The notes under the pieces were generated by a model. That model had not been told where the DNA came from and ran no database searches. It worked only from the letters and a program-made list of their open reading frames with translations. From an uncultured virus (IMG/VR IMGVR_UViG_3300021560_000001) (lineage: Duplodnaviria > Heunggongvirae > Uroviricota > Caudoviricetes), in IMG/VR virus record IMGVR_UViG_3300021560_000001: DNA of 20,000 nucleotides; one strand, given 5' to 3'. Both the position numbers and the translations under genes were made by a program. Of the stretch, positions 15,625-20,000 are shown in pieces. Position 1 is the stretch's first letter. The number at the start of each line of letters is the position of its first letter.

Positions 15625-15878
15625 CCGACCCGCAGGTTCCGAAACACTTCATCATTGCTCCGTGGATAGCGACGGCTTCCGACGTCAATAGCGGATTGGG
15701 CCAGGTTGGCGCGGCGTATTCGGTGGTGTACGGCAATCTCGAGGATGCCAAGGCACAGGCGCGCGCGCAGGCGGCGCAACAGCCAGGCAACGTGTGGGTC
15801 GTATATGCCGCGCTTTGGTACGCCTACACGGATGAAACACCGGTCAATTTGCGGCACGTGGTTGGGGCGAATCTATGA
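15621..15878 (+). CDS. Hypothetical protein (85 aa)
   Basis: GGAG SD, ATGA overlap. YGNLEDAKAQARAQAAQQPGNVWVVY. Confidence 0.7.
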   Translation: MTDPQVPKHFIIAPWIATASDVNSGLGQVGAAYSVVYGNLEDAKAQARAQAAQQPGNVWVVYAALWYAYTDETPVNLRHVVGANL

Positions 15879-15887
15879 GGTTGTCCG

Positions 15888-16091
15888 ATGGCGCATGACA
15901 AGCCGCTCAAAACCGAGCCGATACGGCTCGTGCAGGTGGCGCAAGACGCTATCGCCGCCGAGCGCGAGCGCTGCTTGAATTTGGTAACGAGGACGATGCG
16001 GCACCGCGCCGGCATAAGCGCGGAGCACACGGCGGGCTGGAACGCCGCTTGCCGGGCGCTCGAGTTGGCGATCAAGCAAGGCCGTCCGTGA
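15888..16091 (+). CDS. Hypothetical protein (67 aa)
   Basis: GAGG SD. AIAAERERC...GWNAAC, a common phage pattern. Confidence 0.7.
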   Translation: MAHDKPLKTEPIRLVQVAQDAIAAERERCLNLVTRTMRHRAGISAEHTAGWNAACRALELAIKQGRP

Positions 16092-16891
16092 GCAGTGTGC
16101 TGGATCTGCCGGTCTGCATTCCGAGCTATCGTCGCGCCGGGCGCGTGAGCAGCGAGGGACTGATGCGGTCGTTCGGCTTTCACCGGACGGTGATTTACGC
16201 GCGTGAGAGCGAGCGCGATGAGTATGCCGAGCATCATGCCAACGTGGCGAGCGTGCCTGATGGCGTGCGCGGCATCGGCGATACTCGCCAGTTTATCGTA
16301 GAGCAGATGGCGGACGAGCCGGCTTACGTGATGATCGACGACGACATCAGCGGGTTCTCGTATAAGCCCGACCTGACGGCGCAAGGCGGAGTAATGCGGG
16401 CTGAGCCCGAACAAGTCTTGCAGGTGTTGGGTGAGCTATACGATAGCGGCTGCATCGGCGCGGTGGTCGACTACTGGTCTATTGCCGATCCGTATGACGG
16501 TGGGCCGTGGCGGCATTGGGGTTTTCTGTGCAGCAATTGTTATTTGCTGCGAAGTAGCCTGATAGGCAGCGCGCGGTTCGATCGGCTGCAATTGTACGAG
16601 GACATGGACTTTAGCCTGCAACTGCTGCAGGCCGGTGTTCCGGTCAGGATTTCTTCGCAGCTTTGCATCGAGGCATCGCCTGGCGGCCGCGGGGCTGATA
16701 ATGGCGGCTGCGATGAGCTGCGGGAGGCAGAGCAGGCCGCGCTAGAAGCTGGGGTCTCGCATCAACGCATTTATTGGCAGCGGCTGCAGCGGCTGCACCC
16801 GGAATTTGTGCAGATACAGAACAATCCGGGTACACGCATCTATCGCGTGGGAGTTTTGTGGGAGGAAGCCTACGCAGCGGGACGTTCATGA
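16088..16891 (+). CDS. GT-A fold glycosyltransferase, TAGT/GREB1-like (candidate DNA-base glycosyltransferase)
   Basis: GTGA overlap. VCIPSYRR, GIGDTRQFI, YVMIDDDI (DxD), YEDMDFSLQLLQAG, NGGC. Confidence 0.8.
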   Translation: MSSVLDLPVCIPSYRRAGRVSSEGLMRSFGFHRTVIYARESERDEYAEHHANVASVPDGVRGIGDTRQFIVEQMADEPAYVMIDDDISGFSYKPDLTAQGGVMRAEPEQVLQVLGELYDSGCIGAVVDYWSIADPYDGGPWRHWGFLCSNCYLLRSSLIGSARFDRLQLYEDMDFSLQLLQAGVPVRISSQLCIEASPGGRGADNGGCDELREAEQAALEAGVSHQRIYWQRLQRLHPEFVQIQNNPGTRIYRVGVLWEEAYAAGRS

Positions 16892-17076
16892 AGCTGCTTC
16901 AGCTTACCGCGGCGGACGGTTCGCCGATCTACGTGGTGGGGCAGTGGGTGACCAGATTGCGCAAGGCGCTATCCGGCGAGCTCGGCAAGACTACGATCTT
17001 CATTGGCGCCGACAGGTTCTCGGTCGAAGAGCCACTCGAAGAGGTGGTGCATCGTTTGCAAATAACAGGCGACTGA
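16888..17076 (+). CDS. FlbD/SwrD-like small protein (62 aa)
   Basis: MKLLQLTAADGSPIYV...TTIFIG...FSVEEPLEEVVHRL fits the FlbD-like pattern. Confidence 0.65.
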   Translation: MKLLQLTAADGSPIYVVGQWVTRLRKALSGELGKTTIFIGADRFSVEEPLEEVVHRLQITGD

Positions 17077-17078
17077 AC

Positions 17079-17360
17079 ATGGCGATAGACGCGGACGTTG
17101 GCATGATCAAAGGGAACGTTGTCAATCTCGCCGACCGGCGCAAGAAGTCCGAGCCGTGGGAATGCAATTACAGGATGGCGCTCACGGTGCAGGAGCTGAT
17201 CGACAAGCTCGCCTTTTTCGACCGCAATGCGCGGGTTTACGTCCGTTCCGGTTGGATAGCGGGAGTGATCGCGCTCGAGCACCGCACTAACGGCGCCTAC
17301 GAACAATCGACAGTGCTGCTCTACATGAACGGGAAGGAGCTGCCCGAGCAATGCCAATGA
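17079..17360 (+). CDS. Hypothetical protein (93 aa)
   Basis: NVVNLADRR and LTVQELIDKLAFFDRNARVYV, common phage patterns. Confidence 0.65.
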   Translation: MAIDADVGMIKGNVVNLADRRKKSEPWECNYRMALTVQELIDKLAFFDRNARVYVRSGWIAGVIALEHRTNGAYEQSTVLLYMNGKELPEQCQ

Positions 17361-18121
17361 TCAGCTACAGCACCAACTTCGAGGACGTGATGCTCAATCG
17401 CGTTTTCCGTGATGTTGCTGATGGCACTTATATTGATGTTGGCGCGTTCAAAGCAGAGCAAGACAGCAATACTTATGCGCTCTATGCCCGCGGCTGGAGC
17501 GGCATTGTTTGCGATCCGATTTTTGCCTTCGAGTCGGCCTGGGTTAGGCAGTGGAGGATGTTGCGGCCGCGTGACAAGGTGGTGCGCGACGCGATCGGCG
17601 CTGAGGTCGGGCAGACCACGTTTTATATGTGCAACTTCCGCGGCTTGTCGACTTGCAATCGCGCCATCGTCGACCGTCATGTTGCCGCGCACAGCTCCAA
17701 CACAGTCACCGGCGGTAGTCCGGTGAGCATGGTGACGCTCGACCGGGTGATCGAACGGGCATGCGATGGTAAGGCGCCGGATCTTGTCTGCATTGACGTC
17801 GAGGGCGGCGAAGGCGATGTGCTGAAAGGGATCGACCTGGCCAAGTACCGGCCAAAGCTGTTCGTGATCGAGGCATACAACTCTGGTGATCTAACACCGC
17901 ATTATCATGATTGGGAACAGCTGCTGTTTGATCAAGGCTATGTCTGCGCCTGGGATGATCGTGTTAATCGCTGGTATGTCGAGGCAGCCTTCGCGCGCAA
18001 TCTCAATGGCGCTTTCGATTTCCCGCCCAACGTGACCGACGATTTCCTACCGTTCAAGCAGTACGAGCTACAGCGACGCCTCGAAGACTATGAGGCCAAC
18101 CGGGCCACGCTGGCCTCGTGA
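17357..18121 (+). CDS. FkbM-family SAM-dependent methyltransferase
   Basis: SYSTNFEDVML, YIDVGA, SNTYALYARGWSG, TLDRVI, IDVEGGEGDVLKGIDLAKYRPKLFVIEA. Confidence 0.92.
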   Translation: MISYSTNFEDVMLNRVFRDVADGTYIDVGAFKAEQDSNTYALYARGWSGIVCDPIFAFESAWVRQWRMLRPRDKVVRDAIGAEVGQTTFYMCNFRGLSTCNRAIVDRHVAAHSSNTVTGGSPVSMVTLDRVIERACDGKAPDLVCIDVEGGEGDVLKGIDLAKYRPKLFVIEAYNSGDLTPHYHDWEQLLFDQGYVCAWDDRVNRWYVEAAFARNLNGAFDFPPNVTDDFLPFKQYELQRRLEDYEANRATLAS

Positions 18122-18150
18122 CGCTGAGCCGGCGCTAAAGGATCACAGCC

Positions 18151-19575
18151 ATGCCGTTGACCGCAAAGGGCCAAAAGATACTCGCCGCAATGCAAGAACA
18201 GTACGGCGAAGAAAAAGGCAAGCAGGTCTTCTATGCGGCGAAGAACGCCGGAACCATCACCGGCGTCGATAGTGCGGAGACCAAGGATGCGCGCAAGAAG
18301 GTGACGCAGTACGATCCGCAAGGGCGCTTGAAATCCACCTTCGAGGAAGAGGAGCGGGACTCGGCCGTTGTCGTTATTGATGAAGGTGTTGTGTCGCCCG
18401 TTACCGTGCAGATGACAGACACGGTCGATCTCGACGATGCGGCCAATGTCCGTATCACTGAGGATGGCTATATGGCGGCATTCCCGCGCGTTGCGCGCAC
18501 CGGCATTCAACTCTATCGCGGCAGTGAGTGCGGGCGCGACGCCATCGATGAGGTCCGCGTCTATCGGCCGACAGATGCGGTATTTCACAAGGATGCGACG
18601 CACAGCTACACGCATTTGCCGGTGACGATCGAGCACCCGAAGGAGCGGCTCGACTCGAGGACATGGAAGAAATATGCGGTTGGGGAGACCGGCGATGAGG
18701 TGCTCCGCGACGGCGGGACGGTGCGTGTGCCGATGATGCTGCGCGACCACGATGCCATTCAGGCGGTGCGGGACGGCAAGAAGCAGCTCAGCGTCGGCTA
18801 TGCCTGTGAAATCGACTGGACGCCGGGGCGCACCGACGACGGCGAGCAATACGACGCCATTCAAGTACCGGGATCAATACGAGCTAACCACCTGGCGGTC
18901 GTCGCCACCGCTCGTGGTGGGTCACAGCTCACCATTGGCGATGACAAAAGCAAGGAGACTACCGCTATGACCGAAGTTTTGCGCAATGTGACCATCGACG
19001 GGCTCACCTGCCAGATGGCCGATCGCGATGCTCAGATCGTGCAAAAGACGATCAAGAGCCTCACCGACCAGCTCGAGAACCTCAAGAAAAAAAACGGCGA
19101 TGACGAGGACGAGAAACAGAAAAGCAAAAAGGATAGCGCCGACACCATCGCGGCGAAGGACGCGATCATCGCTACCAAGGACGCGGAGATTGCCACGCTA
19201 AAGACCCAGCTCAAGGATGCGGAGATGACGCCGGCCAAGATGAGCGCAATGCTCAAGGATCTTGTCTCCGTGGTTGCCGGCGCCAAGAGGTTGATGGGCG
19301 ACAAGTTCATCACCGACAACAAGCTGGCGCCGCAGATCAAGCGCGAGGTGGTCGATGGCAAGTTGGGTGAGGCGGCCAAGGGTTGGACCGAGGACCAGGT
19401 TGACGCCAGCTTCAACACGCTGAGCTCGGCGAAGACGAGCTTCACTGGCAGCATCGACCATGCGCGTACGGCGTTCGCGACAGATGTGTCGATGGACGCC
19501 AAAGATCAGGCTTGGAATCAAATGGTTCAGGAGCAGGCCAACGCCTGGAAACAGCCAGAGCGCCAGAGCGCGTGA
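18151..19575 (+). CDS. DUF2213-family head maturation protease/scaffold with an extra N-terminal module
   Basis: TEDGYM, VARTGIQLY, VYRP..VF, PVTIEHP, QLSVGY, IRANHLAVV..ARGG. Charged coiled-coil C-terminus. Confidence 0.92.
   Translation: MPLTAKGQKILAAMQEQYGEEKGKQVFYAAKNAGTITGVDSAETKDARKKVTQYDPQGRLKSTFEEEERDSAVVVIDEGVVSPVTVQMTDTVDLDDAANVRITEDGYMAAFPRVARTGIQLYRGSECGRDAIDEVRVYRPTDAVFHKDATHSYTHLPVTIEHPKERLDSRTWKKYAVGETGDEVLRDGGTVRVPMMLRDHDAIQAVRDGKKQLSVGYACEIDWTPGRTDDGEQYDAIQVPGSIRANHLAVVATARGGSQLTIGDDKSKETTAMTEVLRNVTIDGLTCQMADRDAQIVQKTIKSLTDQLENLKKKNGDDEDEKQKSKKDSADTIAAKDAIIATKDAEIATLKTQLKDAEMTPAKMSAMLKDLVSVVAGAKRLMGDKFITDNKLAPQIKREVVDGKLGEAAKGWTEDQVDASFNTLSSAKTSFTGSIDHARTAFATDVSMDAKDQAWNQMVQEQANAWKQPERQSA
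18967..19575 (+). CDS. Putative nested scaffolding protein (internal in-frame start, 202 aa)
   Basis: AAGGAG at 18952-18957, 9 nt before in-frame ATG18967, right after the DUF2213 domain. Confidence 0.55.
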   Translation: MTEVLRNVTIDGLTCQMADRDAQIVQKTIKSLTDQLENLKKKNGDDEDEKQKSKKDSADTIAAKDAIIATKDAEIATLKTQLKDAEMTPAKMSAMLKDLVSVVAGAKRLMGDKFITDNKLAPQIKREVVDGKLGEAAKGWTEDQVDASFNTLSSAKTSFTGSIDHARTAFATDVSMDAKDQAWNQMVQEQANAWKQPERQSA

Positions 19576-19617
19576 GGCTTGCCATCCCGCCCATCCTAGC
19601 AACAAGGAACTCACATC

Positions 19618-20000
19618 ATGACGACAGTTCTACAGACTAGTTATCGCCCGCAGATCGCTCCTGCGGTCGAAGGCATGCCGGTTGACATCGGCGGCTATGA
19701 AGATATCTCGCGCATCGTCGAGACCGCGGCCGGCGTTACTTTCGGCAAAGCGGTGTCGCAGGGAGCCGCAGATCGTGGCTGTATCCTCGGTGGTGCCAAC
19801 TTCATCGGCATTTCGCTGCGCGACGTGACGTTGGGGCTTGCGCCGGTCAACCCGTTGCTCGACGTCGGGCCAGCGCTCGACACCTACGGGCAGCTCACCA
19901 ATGCCTCGATCCGCACGCGTGGACGGGTATGGGTAAAAGCTGGGGCCGTGGTGAGTGCGGGACAGGCGCTTTTCTACGACACCACCAGCGGCGCTTTCAG
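19618..20000 (+). CDS. Capsid cement/decoration protein, 3'-truncated by the window
   Basis: AAGGA SD. MTTVLQTSY...EGMPVD...VTFGKAVSQG...FIGISLRD...RGRVWVKA...GQALFYD. Typical position after DUF2213. Confidence 0.8.
   Translation, partial: MTTVLQTSYRPQIAPAVEGMPVDIGGYEDISRIVETAAGVTFGKAVSQGAADRGCILGGANFIGISLRDVTLGLAPVNPLLDVGPALDTYGQLTNASIRTRGRVWVKAGAVVSAGQALFYDTTSGAF

Larger units (their letters stand above)
1..20000 (+). mobile_element. Tailed dsDNA phage/prophage segment: accessory genes plus packaging and head module
   Basis: TerL, portal, MuF, DUF2213 and cement genes in canonical order. Dense co-oriented small ORFs with ATGA overlaps. No host housekeeping genes, integrase or att site visible. 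Confidence 0.95.

Noticed and set aside
19087..19095. A8 run forming A_AAA_AAC, a possible -1 frameshift site in DUF2213
   Set aside because: Explained by Lys-Lys-Asn codons in a charged linker. No clear stimulatory structure, and the -1 frame stops within three codons.
1..20000. CRISPR array, tRNA, integrase/att, TET/JBP dioxygenase, reverse transcriptase
   Set aside because: No spaced repeats, cloverleaf or relevant catalytic motifs were found by eye. They may lie outside the window.

Overview
The whole window looks like part of a GC-rich tailed dsDNA phage or prophage. An alphaproteobacterial host is inferred from a DUF3489-like gene and the promoter style, and is not proven. Left part (1-6430): the 3' end of a beta-class amino-DNA methyltransferase, a lone minus-strand basic DUF3489-like wHTH gene, and tightly coupled small hypothetical ORFs. 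At 6430-7111 a promoter/short leader/terminator/second promoter block precedes an RfaH-like NusG paralog. The packaging and head module follows: probable TerS, TerL, DUF1073-type portal, a MuF/gp7 head protein with a C-terminal ParB/Srx-like extension, a DUF2213 protease/scaffold and the start of a capsid cement protein. About 4.9 kb holding 16 accessory ORFs sits between MuF and DUF2213. It includes a TAGT/GREB1-like glycosyltransferase, an FkbM methyltransferase, an apparently chimeric CX5R phosphatase, small membrane/secreted proteins and a two-hairpin ncRNA candidate. All family calls come from motif recognition by eye; no searches were run.
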